A program made the translations under genes and the position numbers. From a virus, in the IMG/VR virus record IMGVR_UViG_3300027747_004779, positions 64,001 through 128,000 of that record: 64,000 bases of DNA. The stretch is one strand, 5' to 3'. Positions 39,091-48,474 of the stretch are shown piece after piece. Numbering within the stretch: the first letter of the stretch is position 1; every line of letters begins with the position of its first letter. A model generated the notes under the pieces. It had not been told where the DNA came from, did not search any database, and saw only the letters and a list, made by a program, of their open reading frames with translations.

Positions 39091-39528
39091 GTGAAGTATA
39101 ATGACGTAATATTAGAAAGTCTAAAGAAAACAGCTTTAAAGCGTATTCGAATTAAAGTAGATCCTGCGCAAGTAAGTGCTGAAGCTGACTTTTCTAAAGT
39201 AGATGGTTATGAGGGATATGTATTAGAAGAAGGCAAAGGTCATTTAAAGATATTAGTTCTTTCACCAGAAATGTGTATACAAGATATACCGGAAGAGTTT
39301 ATTGAAGCGCTAGCAGCAGAAGCAGATTATGATTCATTTTGCTGTTTTAAAGAATATCTAATTAAGCATTTACTTAAGGATGGTAAAGTAATGAACGATC
39401 CGATAATCATACAAATAAATAATACAAGCTGCTTAAGTGATATTGAAGTTATTATTCGTCAATGTGGGTATACCGGAGATAAACTAGCAGACTTATATAG
39501 AGGATTTTTAACAGATGAAGAAGCTTGA
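39091..39528 (+). CDS. Hypothetical late protein
   Basis: GTG start 5 nt after TAAATA; starts MKYNDVILES. Confidence 0.7.
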   Translation: MKYNDVILESLKKTALKRIRIKVDPAQVSAEADFSKVDGYEGYVLEEGKGHLKILVLSPEMCIQDIPEEFIEALAAEADYDSFCCFKEYLIKHLLKDGKVMNDPIIIQINNTSCLSDIEVIIRQCGYTGDKLADLYRGFLTDEEA

Positions 39529-40138
39529 ATTTAACGATCTTGTAAATGCTGTCCTTAATGAAGATAATTTTCTTCAAAAAATAGGTAAAGGTGCAGCAAA
39601 TTGGGCCTCAAAACCATCTAATTGGGTTGGAGCAGCTGCAGCAGCTGTAAATGCACCAAAAGCTATACACACTGCTGTAACGGGTAGAGGTCAAATAGGG
39701 AGAGGTTTGAACGCATTACAGGGTGCGTTGGCTAAAAGAGAGCAAAAAAAGGAAGAAGAGCGTAAAAAGCAAGAAAAAGATGCAAAGGGACAGAGGCCAA
39801 CGAGAACAGCAACTGATACAAAGATAGAAGATTTTGATAAAGATGTTATAAAGACACTTCTTGCAAAGTCAAAAACAGGAACGTCTGCAGCACAGCAAAC
39901 AACAACGGGTACTGTACAAGCACCCGGGCAAGTAGCAGGGGGCACTGCAACACCGACTTCTGCTAGCGGGACAAGTTCCGGAGCAGTATCGGCTCCGATA
40001 ACGCAATCACCTTCCGCGACTCAAAGAGATCCTAAAGAAGGCGATGTATTTGCTTTAGTTGGAAAATACGGTCGTGTAAAAAGATATCAGGTTAAAAAAA
40101 TAGATGGAAACATTGTAAGTGCAGCACCCATGATATAA
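39515..40138 (+). CDS. Hypothetical late protein with leader and Thr/Ala-rich linker
   Basis: Starts MKKLEFNDLVNAVLNED; overlaps the upstream gene. Confidence 0.7.
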   Translation: MKKLEFNDLVNAVLNEDNFLQKIGKGAANWASKPSNWVGAAAAAVNAPKAIHTAVTGRGQIGRGLNALQGALAKREQKKEEERKKQEKDAKGQRPTRTATDTKIEDFDKDVIKTLLAKSKTGTSAAQQTTTGTVQAPGQVAGGTATPTSASGTSSGAVSAPITQSPSATQRDPKEGDVFALVGKYGRVKRYQVKKIDGNIVSAAPMI

Positions 40139-40146
40139 ATACTAGT

Positions 40147-40341
40147 ATGCCATCAAAATCTGAAAAACAAAGAAAATTCTTTGGTGCCGTAATGAGTGCT
40201 AAAAAAGGTGCTAAAGGTGTAACTGGCGCGGCAAAAAAAGCTGCTAAAGAAATGCCAGAAAAAAAAATTAAAAAATTCCTTAAAAAAGAATCATTTGACA
40301 GCACGGTTAATAATATATTAAAAGGTCTTTATAATGTCTGA
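40147..40341 (+). CDS. Small basic late protein
   Basis: TATAAATA 5 nt upstream; starts MPSKSEKQRKFFGAV. Confidence 0.75.
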   Translation: MPSKSEKQRKFFGAVMSAKKGAKGVTGAAKKAAKEMPEKKIKKFLKKESFDSTVNNILKGLYNV

Positions 40342-40495
40342 AATACCAGCATATCTCCAGAAAAGAGGCTTTTTAATTATTGACTCGAATAATAAAGTTT
40401 TACTCGACGAAAAGCTTTATCCTCTTATCTTTAACAGTAAAGAGGCGGCCGATTCGTATATAAAAGAAAATAATATTATTGGAACTGTAAAATAA
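40334..40495 (+). CDS. Small 53 aa protein missing from the ORF track (MSEIPAYLQKRGFLIIDS...)
   Basis: Translated by hand; overlaps the upstream stop. Confidence 0.65.
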   Translation: MSEIPAYLQKRGFLIIDSNNKVLLDEKLYPLIFNSKEAADSYIKENNIIGTVK

Positions 40496-40573
40496 CAGTT
40501 GATTTTTAAAAAAATATCCTTATAATAATACAGGATATAGAAAAGACAGTTACTACACATTCTTTGTTGTTAG

Positions 40574-40602
40574 TTGATATAGTAGTTAACTAGGTATATA
40601 AT
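40574..40602 (+). promoter_or_regulatory. Sigma70-like promoter of queD (leaderless)
   Basis: TTGATA-N17-TATAAT with ATG 6 nt later; a second promoter lies at 40499-40526. Confidence 0.75.
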
Positions 40603-40608
40603 AAAAAT

Positions 40609-41274
40609 ATGAAATACGAGAGTACAAAGATAATTGAATTAGGTAGCTGTGCATTTAGACAATGGAAAGCTGATAGTCATTGCAAATTTATACATGGATA
40701 TAGATTAGTAGCTAAATTTTGGTTTGCATGCAATTATTTAGATGAAAAAAATTGGGTAGTAGATTTTGGTGGGTTAAAAGGTCTTAAGCAAGTTTTGGAG
40801 AAACAGTTTGATCATACATTATGTATTGCAGCAGATGACCCTTTACTTGAAGTGTTTAAACAGCTACATTCAACAGGAGGATGTGATTTGAGAGTTATGT
40901 CTAAAGGTGTTGGAATTGAAAGAACTGCGGAATGGTGTTTTGATGTAGCTGATGGGCATGTAAGAGGTATTACAAATAATAGATGTTGGGTCGAAAAGGT
41001 AGAAGTATGGGAACATGATAAAAATTCTGCTATTGTTTCTTTTAGTACTACGGCTGAAGTTCACCAATCGATTGGTGAGACGGTTGCAACAACAATACAA
41101 GCACCAATAAATCAAGTTAGAGACTTTTTAGAGGATGTAGCAGAAGAGACAGGTGTTAATGTTTCTAATGTACTCAAGAATGCACCTCCAACAGAGTCTC
41201 AGGCTGCGCGTGTAGGCAATAAGATAACAACAGGTTATGCAAACTTATTTGGCGGTACAAGCTGGGGTCAGTAA
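40609..41274 (+). CDS. queD: QueD (6-carboxytetrahydropterin synthase) with C-terminal extension
   Basis: HCKFIHGY, WVVDFG, FDH and VEVWEH motifs. Confidence 0.9.
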   Translation: MKYESTKIIELGSCAFRQWKADSHCKFIHGYRLVAKFWFACNYLDEKNWVVDFGGLKGLKQVLEKQFDHTLCIAADDPLLEVFKQLHSTGGCDLRVMSKGVGIERTAEWCFDVADGHVRGITNNRCWVEKVEVWEHDKNSAIVSFSTTAEVHQSIGETVATTIQAPINQVRDFLEDVAEETGVNVSNVLKNAPPTESQAARVGNKITTGYANLFGGTSWGQ

Positions 41275-41450
41275 TGGATGCTGAAACAAAGCAGCAACTT
41301 TATGGCGGTGAAATAACCGATTTTTTACCAAAACCTCAAGAGAAGGAATTAAAAGACGATTATAAAGCAATTGAGAATATATATCTTAATTTAAAGAAAA
41401 AATCATTTGGTCTTGATACCGGCGATAACTTTAACAATAAACTTAAGTAA
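41274..41450 (+). CDS. Small 58 aa protein missing from the ORF track (MDAETKQQLYGG...)
   Basis: TAATG coupling to queD; overlaps the 3' end of phoH. Confidence 0.55.
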   Translation: MDAETKQQLYGGEITDFLPKPQEKELKDDYKAIENIYLNLKKKSFGLDTGDNFNNKLK

Positions 41451-42143
41451 CTTACTTCTCGTTATATCTTCTTCTGTAAAGTGAAAAGTCTGAATACCGT
41501 TTTCCCTGCTTACATCTGTATCAAATGCTTTCATAATATTTGCAAAACCTGATTTTTGAATATCAGATTGCAAGGAATCACCTATAACAAATAATTTACA
41601 ATTTTTACCAAATCGCGTAAGAATAGTAACTAATTCGCTATGCTCGAGATTTTGAGCTTCATCTACTATTACCACATTATTCATAAACGTTGCACCGCGT
41701 AGAAAATTTACCGGTATACTTTTTAAATAATCGCTTTGAAATAACATTTCTGTAATTTGTTTTCCAACCAGTTCATCGCATTTCTCAATTAACGGAATAC
41801 TCCATGGTTTAAATTTTTCATCTACTTCTCCGGGTAGACTGCCTAGTTTACGCGTTGCAGATTCAACAATACTTCTAATGTATACAATCTCGTCTATTTT
41901 TTTATCTCTAAGCATACTAAGAGCAACAAATACAGCCAGATAGGTTTTTGATGAGCCTGCAGGTCCATCACAAAAGATAATTTGTGAAGCATCATCTATA
42001 GCTTTTTCAACAAAGGCTTTATGATGTTCGTTTAAATGAAATTTCTGGTCAATTTTAAAGTTAAGAAAGATATCATTCTTAATAATACCGTTCTCATCTT
42101 TAGCTTTGGCAGCTTTTTTAAGCTGTCTGTCTTTTTTTGACAT
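41403..42143 (-). CDS. phoH: PhoH-like ATPase
   Basis: GPAGSSKT, LGSLPG, FLRG, DEAQN and GD..QSD motifs. Confidence 0.93.
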   Translation of the reverse strand: MSKKDRQLKKAAKAKDENGIIKNDIFLNFKIDQKFHLNEHHKAFVEKAIDDASQIIFCDGPAGSSKTYLAVFVALSMLRDKKIDEIVYIRSIVESATRKLGSLPGEVDEKFKPWSIPLIEKCDELVGKQITEMLFQSDYLKSIPVNFLRGATFMNNVVIVDEAQNLEHSELVTILTRFGKNCKLFVIGDSLQSDIQKSGFANIMKAFDTDVSRENGIQTFHFTEEDITRSKLLKFIVKVIAGIKTK

Positions 42144-42195
42144 CTATATATATTTATTCTGGATAATCTTCTTTTGTAACATATAATAATAATAA

Positions 42196-43149
42196 ATGAA
42201 CATTGTTGTTACTGGTGGCTTGGGGTTTATTGGCTCGCATTTAATTGAGGTTCTTTTAGAAAAAACAGATGCAGATATACATTGTTTAGATAATGAAACA
42301 TATGCAGCAGATCTTGTTTTTAAGGGTAAAACGAGTCATAATAATAGAGTATTTTTTCACAGGGTAGATGTAGCTAAGAGCGATCAAATTAAATTTGTTT
42401 CACCTTATTTAAATGATATTGATTATGTGATTCACTTAGCAGCTGAATCGCATGTGGATAATAGTATAAATGGACCTGAGATATTTGTTTTAACTAATGT
42501 CCTCGGTACCTTTAATATGCTAGAGTTCGCTAAGAGAAAGAATGTCCGGAGATTTGTACACGTCAGTACAGATGAAGTTTATGGCTCTATTAATACTCTA
42601 GAGCAACAAGCTTTTTTAGAATCTACAATACTTGATCCAAGCTCTGTTTATTCCTCTACTAAAGCATCCTCTGATCTTATTGTAAAAAGCTATAATAGGA
42701 CATATAATTTAGATGTTTGTATTACAAGATGCTGTAATAATTATGGACCGAGACAGAACAAAGAGAAACTACTACCAAAATTAATAACCAATGCTTTAAC
42801 CGATCAGCAAATACCTGTTTATGGTAATGGTCAAAATGTAAGAGAATGGATATATGTTGTAGATCATTGTAACGCGATTTTATCTATATTGAATAAGGGT
42901 AAAACAGGCGAAATATACAATATAGGAACAGGGTGTACAATTTCAAATATAGATCTAGTAAAACGTGTACTTAACAAATTAGACAAAAAAGATGATCTCA
43001 TAACATATGTTGAGGATAGAAAGGGCCACGATTTAAAATATGAGATTAACTCTAATAAACTAAGAACAGAGCTTAATTGGCAGCCTGAGGTTGATTTTTT
43101 TGACAGTGGATTAGATTTAACTATTGATTATTATAAAAATACGCTATAA
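42196..43149 (+). CDS. rmlB: dTDP-glucose 4,6-dehydratase
   Basis: GGLGFIG, AAESHVDNSI, STDEVYG, YSSTK and NNYGP motifs. Confidence 0.93.
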   Translation: MNIVVTGGLGFIGSHLIEVLLEKTDADIHCLDNETYAADLVFKGKTSHNNRVFFHRVDVAKSDQIKFVSPYLNDIDYVIHLAAESHVDNSINGPEIFVLTNVLGTFNMLEFAKRKNVRRFVHVSTDEVYGSINTLEQQAFLESTILDPSSVYSSTKASSDLIVKSYNRTYNLDVCITRCCNNYGPRQNKEKLLPKLITNALTDQQIPVYGNGQNVREWIYVVDHCNAILSILNKGKTGEIYNIGTGCTISNIDLVKRVLNKLDKKDDLITYVEDRKGHDLKYEINSNKLRTELNWQPEVDFFDSGLDLTIDYYKNTL

Positions 43150-43158
43150 TAAAGGCTA

Positions 43159-43896
43159 ATGAACGATAAGACTATTTTTTTGAGTGACGATAAACTCTTT
43201 TATACCCTCGAGGGTGAAGGTGAATATGTAGGATATCCTTCTGTGTTTATGCGTCTCTCTATGTGTAACTTGACATGTAAAGGCTTTGCATCTGCAGATT
43301 CGCCTAATGGTTGTGATAGCTTTATTAGCTGGTCGGTGAAAAATAGAATGACTTTTGATCAAGTATTTGACTATATGACACAACGCGGTTATCAATGTCA
43401 TTTAAAGGACGGTGCTATTTGGAAGATTACTGGCGGCGAGCCGCTTATTCAGCAGAAAGCTCTTCTTGAACTTGTGGATCAATATATTTTTAGATTTGGA
43501 TATATACCTAAGATTGACTTTGAAACTAATGCAACAATATTACCTGATCAACAATGGAAAGACTGGGGTGCTACTTTTACTACATCACCTAAGCTTAGCA
43601 ATAACGGCGACCCTGTTGAAAGGAGATATAAGCCCGAAGTTTTAAAATGGCATGCTCAAAACCGATCCGGATTTAAATTTGTAGTCAGTAGTGAGGATGA
43701 AGTAAAAGAAATTTTAGAAAAATATGTATATGAATGTAAAGTGCCAACAGATCGCATTTGGCTTATGCCATGCTGTGGCAGTAGAGATGAACATACCGAA
43801 AAATGCCCGGGTGTCGCCGACTTATGTAAAAAACATAATCTTAAATTTAGTCCGAGATTGCAGCTTGTAATTTGGAATAAAGCTCTTAAAGTATAA
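43159..43896 (+). CDS. queE: 7-carboxy-7-deazaguanine synthase QueE (radical SAM)
   Basis: TLEGEG, CX3CX11C, TGGEP, ETN, SPKL and PRLQ motifs. Confidence 0.9.
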   Translation: MNDKTIFLSDDKLFYTLEGEGEYVGYPSVFMRLSMCNLTCKGFASADSPNGCDSFISWSVKNRMTFDQVFDYMTQRGYQCHLKDGAIWKITGGEPLIQQKALLELVDQYIFRFGYIPKIDFETNATILPDQQWKDWGATFTTSPKLSNNGDPVERRYKPEVLKWHAQNRSGFKFVVSSEDEVKEILEKYVYECKVPTDRIWLMPCCGSRDEHTEKCPGVADLCKKHNLKFSPRLQLVIWNKALKV

Positions 43897-43897
43897 C

Positions 43898-44638
43898 ATG
43901 AGAATTGCAATATCAGGCACAGCATGTCAGGGCAAGTCGACATTTATTAATGATTTTATCAAATATTGGCCTGCATATAGTCGATCGCAGGAATCATACA
44001 GGAAAGTTCTTAAAGACGAAAAACTTAATATTAATAAAAAAGTTGATAAAGAGGGGCAATGGAAAATTTTAAATTGTTTAATTGATGATATTCAAAAAAC
44101 AGAAAAAGGAGATAAGATTTTATTTGATAGATGTCCGCTAGATAACCTTGTATATTCATTATGGAGTGAAGAAAAACAAACTTCAGATATTGATAAAAAA
44201 TTTATTGATAAATGTATACCGCTTGTACAAGAGAGTATGCGTGCAATTGATATTATTCTTTTTATACCTATTACAAGAGCTGCACCGGTTAAGCTTGAAA
44301 TAAAAGAGAATAGAGAGCTTGATAAGGAATTTATTGAAGAGATAGATAATATTTTTAAAGCCATAGCACGTAATTTAATGTCTAAAGGGGTCTGTCCATT
44401 TATGAAAGAAGATGATAGACCTCCTATGATAGAAGTCTTTGGTAACCCTGAACAACGCGTTGAAATGTGTAAACTTTATATTGATAATCAAGGAGATCTC
44501 ATTGATGAAGGTAAAAGTATTCTTGATGCAGATAACTTAAGTAAGATGGAGCAACTTTTAAATATGCAGAAAGGCATTTTAAAAGATGAAAAATTAGAAG
44601 CAGCTATTGCAAATAGAATCATTACTGGCCATAAATAA
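43898..44638 (+). CDS. P-loop nucleotide kinase-like protein (AAA_28 / NadR-Ttd14 type)
   Basis: GTACQGKST and FDRCPLDNLVY motifs. Confidence 0.75.
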   Translation: MRIAISGTACQGKSTFINDFIKYWPAYSRSQESYRKVLKDEKLNINKKVDKEGQWKILNCLIDDIQKTEKGDKILFDRCPLDNLVYSLWSEEKQTSDIDKKFIDKCIPLVQESMRAIDIILFIPITRAAPVKLEIKENRELDKEFIEEIDNIFKAIARNLMSKGVCPFMKEDDRPPMIEVFGNPEQRVEMCKLYIDNQGDLIDEGKSILDADNLSKMEQLLNMQKGILKDEKLEAAIANRIITGHK

Positions 44639-44642
44639 TAAC

Positions 44643-44855
44643 ATGGCACAGTTTAATGATAAGTATGAAGAGCTTTTAGAAAGCTTTAAATACATTAAAA
44701 CAGTTAAAAGAGAGTTTTATCCTAAAAACTTTAGGCTATCAGAAACGTTTGTTAAAGCTTTTAGAGCAGAATATAAGCGCTTACTTGATGAAGGTATTCA
44801 TCCTCGCAAAGCTTTAATTAAGCTTAATAAAGCGCTCTTGTTTCACTCAAATTGA
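44643..44855 (+). CDS. Small late protein with capsid-targeting-like leader
   Basis: TAAATA 5 nt upstream; starts MAQFNDKYEELLES. Confidence 0.7.
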   Translation: MAQFNDKYEELLESFKYIKTVKREFYPKNFRLSETFVKAFRAEYKRLLDEGIHPRKALIKLNKALLFHSN

Positions 44856-45557
44856 TTCTGAGTAAAAGATGCGCCAGAGTAGCGGAGTATCATAACGCAC
44901 TCTATAGCCAGTATTGACAGTAAAAACTAAATTATCAAAATTAGCTCCTCTAACATCGCGACTAATATCAAAAGCGTATGGGGCACCAGAAAGAGCATTT
45001 TGTGGCATGAAACGAAAATGGTATGATTTTAAATCCGCAACATTAACTCTTGGATATTTGATAAAAAAGCCTGATACAATACATTTTCTAGAATCTGTGT
45101 TTTGTAAAATAGTAAAAGGGTCCGGATTACTAATAAGACCGCCCGAAGCTATTGGTGTGTTATTTGATACATCAACAATATATTTGTATAAGCTATTTTG
45201 ATATGCCGTAAGTGCAGGTAAAATTGTACCTGTTAATGTTTTAAACTCTAATGACCCTATAGCACTAAATGCGCTTGTAATTAACCCACCGTTAACGGTA
45301 AGTTTATTATATGATCCTGGTCCCGACCAGACACCTGAAAGGCCATTAAGACTGTAATTTTTACTCGATATAAGTGTTGTGGCAGAAACTTTTGAAAAAA
45401 AACTATCGCTACCTGTTAAATTACCAAACACTGTAGCGTTTTTATTTGCATCCGTCTTTACAACGTTAAAATTTTCGAAATCTATTGTTTTAGTATAATT
45501 ACTTGATTGAATGACAAGTAAATCGCCATTATTCACAATCGAAATTTGCGTACGCAT
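44847..45557 (-). CDS. Putative virion structural protein, paralogue B
   Basis: Shares GDLL.IQ, TIDF.NFNVVKTDA and GYRV...PL.WR with its neighbour. Confidence 0.65.
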   Translation of the reverse strand: MRTQISIVNNGDLLVIQSSNYTKTIDFENFNVVKTDANKNATVFGNLTGSDSFFSKVSATTLISSKNYSLNGLSGVWSGPGSYNKLTVNGGLITSAFSAIGSLEFKTLTGTILPALTAYQNSLYKYIVDVSNNTPIASGGLISNPDPFTILQNTDSRKCIVSGFFIKYPRVNVADLKSYHFRFMPQNALSGAPYAFDISRDVRGANFDNLVFTVNTGYRVRYDTPLLWRIFYSESI

Positions 45558-45561
45558 TTAA

Positions 45562-46281
45562 TTATGTTGTTGTATATGTATACAACAATCTCCAATACAG
45601 AGGCGATTCTTCTTTAACTCGGTAGCCCGCATTTGCAGTAAATGTTAAACCATTTAACCCATCGTTAAGAACATTAGTTACATATGGGCAGGTTGAAAGC
45701 GGTACTGTAGATGTGAGTAGAATATGTTGTGGTTGTATTGAGCCTGGCGATATATCAGGATGACGATTAAAGAACCCTGCAATGTTATATGCTTGTGAGA
45801 CATTATTTGCATTAATTGTTACATAGCTTTGACCCGGATCGTTGCTTGATTCATCAACAACAATTCTATATATAGTATTTTGAAAAGTAGTTAATGCTGG
45901 TAGAACAGTATTATTTATATATTGATATTCTGGAGACCCAAGCACATAAGATGCACTAGTAACCAGACCACCGGTAATTGTAAAGACGTTGTAATAACCA
46001 GCAGGCGCAAAAACACCCGCTTTATCATTAGCAGTAAAATTTAAGCTCGATACTGTTTCACTGCTCTTAATATTAGTAAAGTTACAACTACCACCAGAAA
46101 GACCACCCTCAACAGTAGCATTACCAGCAGCATCTGTCTTTACTACATTAAAATTTTGAAAATCTATTGTTTGAATACCGCTATCTGTTTGAATAAGCAA
46201 CAGATCACCGTTAACTGCTTCTTGTGTTTGCGGTAAATCAGCTATATTAATACTATTACTATTTGAAGAGGTAATTGCCAT
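45562..46281 (-). CDS. Putative virion structural protein, paralogue A
   Basis: TATAAATA upstream; I.DLP...GDLL N-terminus resembling fibre proteins. Confidence 0.65.
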   Translation of the reverse strand: MAITSSNSNSINIADLPQTQEAVNGDLLLIQTDSGIQTIDFQNFNVVKTDAAGNATVEGGLSGGSCNFTNIKSSETVSSLNFTANDKAGVFAPAGYYNVFTITGGLVTSASYVLGSPEYQYINNTVLPALTTFQNTIYRIVVDESSNDPGQSYVTINANNVSQAYNIAGFFNRHPDISPGSIQPQHILLTSTVPLSTCPYVTNVLNDGLNGLTFTANAGYRVKEESPLYWRLLYTYTTT

Positions 46282-46310
46282 TTCTTTTATTTATACTAAT
46301 ATATCTGAAT

Positions 46311-47111
46311 ATGCAAAAGATTGGAGTAGGTATAGTCACTTGTAATCGACCCAAATTTTTCTTAAAATGCTTTAAATCTATACCACAAAACGTTGAACTT
46401 GTAGTTGTTAACGATGGCGCTGATTTTGAAGACATTATAAAACTGCACAACATACGTAAATTTGAATACATGCATAACAAGGAAAACCTTGGTGTTGGTA
46501 AAACGAAGAATAAAGCTTTAAAATATCTTCTCGAACAGAATTGCGATCACATTTTTCTTATTGAAGATGATATTATTATTAAAGACTCCACTGTTTTTGA
46601 CAAATATATAGAAGCACGAAATATAACAGGAATACAGCATTTTAATTTTGGTTATCACGGACCAGCTAATAAAAACAATATATCCGGTGGTAAGCCATGT
46701 CCGCGGTTTATTGTTGACTATGGTAGTATAAAGATAGCTATTAACTCTGCCAGTGTTGGCGCTTTTTGCTATTACACACGCGAGGTACTTGAAGAAGTTG
46801 GCCTGATTGATGATGATTTTCTTAACGCGTTTGATCATGTAGATCATGATTATAGAATACATAAAGCCGGCTATACGACACCTTATTGGAATTGGCCAGA
46901 TCTTGCTAATAGTATGGACTATCTAGACGAAATTGAATGTTCAGAAAAGAGTAGCGCAATAAGACCAAGAAAAGATTGGCAAGAAAATTTTACAAAAGGA
47001 GCTGAATGTTTTAGGAAAAAACACGGGTATATGCCTGCATGGCAAGGTTGTGTACCAGATACATCAAAAGAAGACGTTATTAAGTTTCTTAAATCAATAA
47101 AACCAAAATGA
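46311..47111 (+). CDS. GT2 glycosyltransferase
   Basis: IVTCNR, VVNDG, NLGVGKTKN and LIEDD motifs. Confidence 0.88.
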   Translation: MQKIGVGIVTCNRPKFFLKCFKSIPQNVELVVVNDGADFEDIIKLHNIRKFEYMHNKENLGVGKTKNKALKYLLEQNCDHIFLIEDDIIIKDSTVFDKYIEARNITGIQHFNFGYHGPANKNNISGGKPCPRFIVDYGSIKIAINSASVGAFCYYTREVLEEVGLIDDDFLNAFDHVDHDYRIHKAGYTTPYWNWPDLANSMDYLDEIECSEKSSAIRPRKDWQENFTKGAECFRKKHGYMPAWQGCVPDTSKEDVIKFLKSIKPK

Positions 47112-47857
47112 AAATAAGTTTATTAGTACCGAGTAGAGAGAGACTAAATCTGAAGCTAACACTTATAAGCTCAATTATTACTACCGTAAGCGATATTAAT
47201 AATGTTGAGTTAGTTTTTGGTGTCGATGAAGATGATCCTAAGAGAGACATTGTTTATAAAATTGCTCAAGCAATACCGTTCGTACGTATTGTTGATATTA
47301 AGAATAATGGAAAGTTTATAGGTATAAATCGTATTTGGAATATTTTAGCAGCTAATACAAATAATGAGCTTTTTGGCTACATAGGTGATGATATGATTTT
47401 TATGACACCTGATTGGGATAAAAAAATTCTTTTAGAATTTAACAAAACGCTTTGTCCTGCAGATAACATAAAACTTTTACATTGTTATGATGGACATCGT
47501 AATTTTGATGAAATTTGTGTTAATGCTTTTGTACATAGAAAATATTATGAAGTGCTTGGTTACTTTTGTAAAGAGGACTTTTTAATTAATTGGTCTGATC
47601 AATGGATGTATCAAACATTTAATGCATTTGGCAGGATAACTTACCGACGAGATATACATATACAGCATAATCATTGGATTTACGGGGGTAGAAAGAAAGA
47701 TAATACTGCTGACAGAATGCTTTCAGATAATCATGATACAATAAGCGATCAACTTTGGCATGACTTAGCACCGGAGCGAGTTGAAGCAGTAAAAACTCTT
47801 AGTAAGTATCTTAATATATCTCCCGATTGGTCAAAAGTCGATTGCGGAAAAAAATAA
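47108..47857 (+). CDS. GT2-like glycosyltransferase
   Basis: SLLVPSRER, DEDD and GDD motifs. Confidence 0.82.
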   Translation: MKISLLVPSRERLNLKLTLISSIITTVSDINNVELVFGVDEDDPKRDIVYKIAQAIPFVRIVDIKNNGKFIGINRIWNILAANTNNELFGYIGDDMIFMTPDWDKKILLEFNKTLCPADNIKLLHCYDGHRNFDEICVNAFVHRKYYEVLGYFCKEDFLINWSDQWMYQTFNAFGRITYRRDIHIQHNHWIYGGRKKDNTADRMLSDNHDTISDQLWHDLAPERVEAVKTLSKYLNISPDWSKVDCGKK

Positions 47858-47860
47858 TCT

Positions 47861-48463
47861 ATGAGCAAACATTCACCGAAACCAAAATTATCAATTTTAA
47901 TTCCGAGTACACCCAACCGTGTAGCTAATAAAATGCTTAAATTATTTACTAATCTTGAAGCGCAGGTTGCTAAGCTTGCTAACCCGGATGATGTCGAGCT
48001 GCTTGTATTTTTGGATAATAAGAGACGTTCAATTGGATTTAAACGCGAATCACTTCTTTATATAGCTCGTGGGGATTTTGTGGCATTTATGGATGATGAC
48101 GACGTGGTGCATGATTTTTATATTGAAGAAGCTATTAAAGCTATTAATAGTAATCCTGATGTTGATGTGATAACGTTTAAAGAGTACGTTTATATAAACG
48201 ATTCACCACGCTATGAACTTACATTTGAACTTGGATATCCAAAAAACGATTCTGTGCAAATACCGAATGCAAAGCGCCCGCCATGGCATTGCTGTTTTTG
48301 GAAGCGTAAACTAGCACAGAAATATCATTTTCCCGATCTTATGTATGGTGAAGATTGGGCTTGGGCCTCAGAAATTAATAAAGAAGCAAAAACAAGCTAT
48401 CATATTGATAAGTTTATGCGCACATACATATATAATGATAAAGTTACAGAAGCTATTGAATGA
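47861..48463 (+). CDS. GT2 glycosyltransferase
   Basis: LSILIP, ARGDFVAFMDDDD and GED motifs. Confidence 0.87.
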   Translation: MSKHSPKPKLSILIPSTPNRVANKMLKLFTNLEAQVAKLANPDDVELLVFLDNKRRSIGFKRESLLYIARGDFVAFMDDDDVVHDFYIEEAIKAINSNPDVDVITFKEYVYINDSPRYELTFELGYPKNDSVQIPNAKRPPWHCCFWKRKLAQKYHFPDLMYGEDWAWASEINKEAKTSYHIDKFMRTYIYNDKVTEAIE

Positions 48464-48474
48464 GGTAACATAAG

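Noticed and set aside
40533-40575. Possible preQ1-I riboswitch upstream of queD (loop contains GTTACTACAC)
   Set aside because: The stem is weak and the required A-rich 3' tail is absent; the tail is T/G-rich
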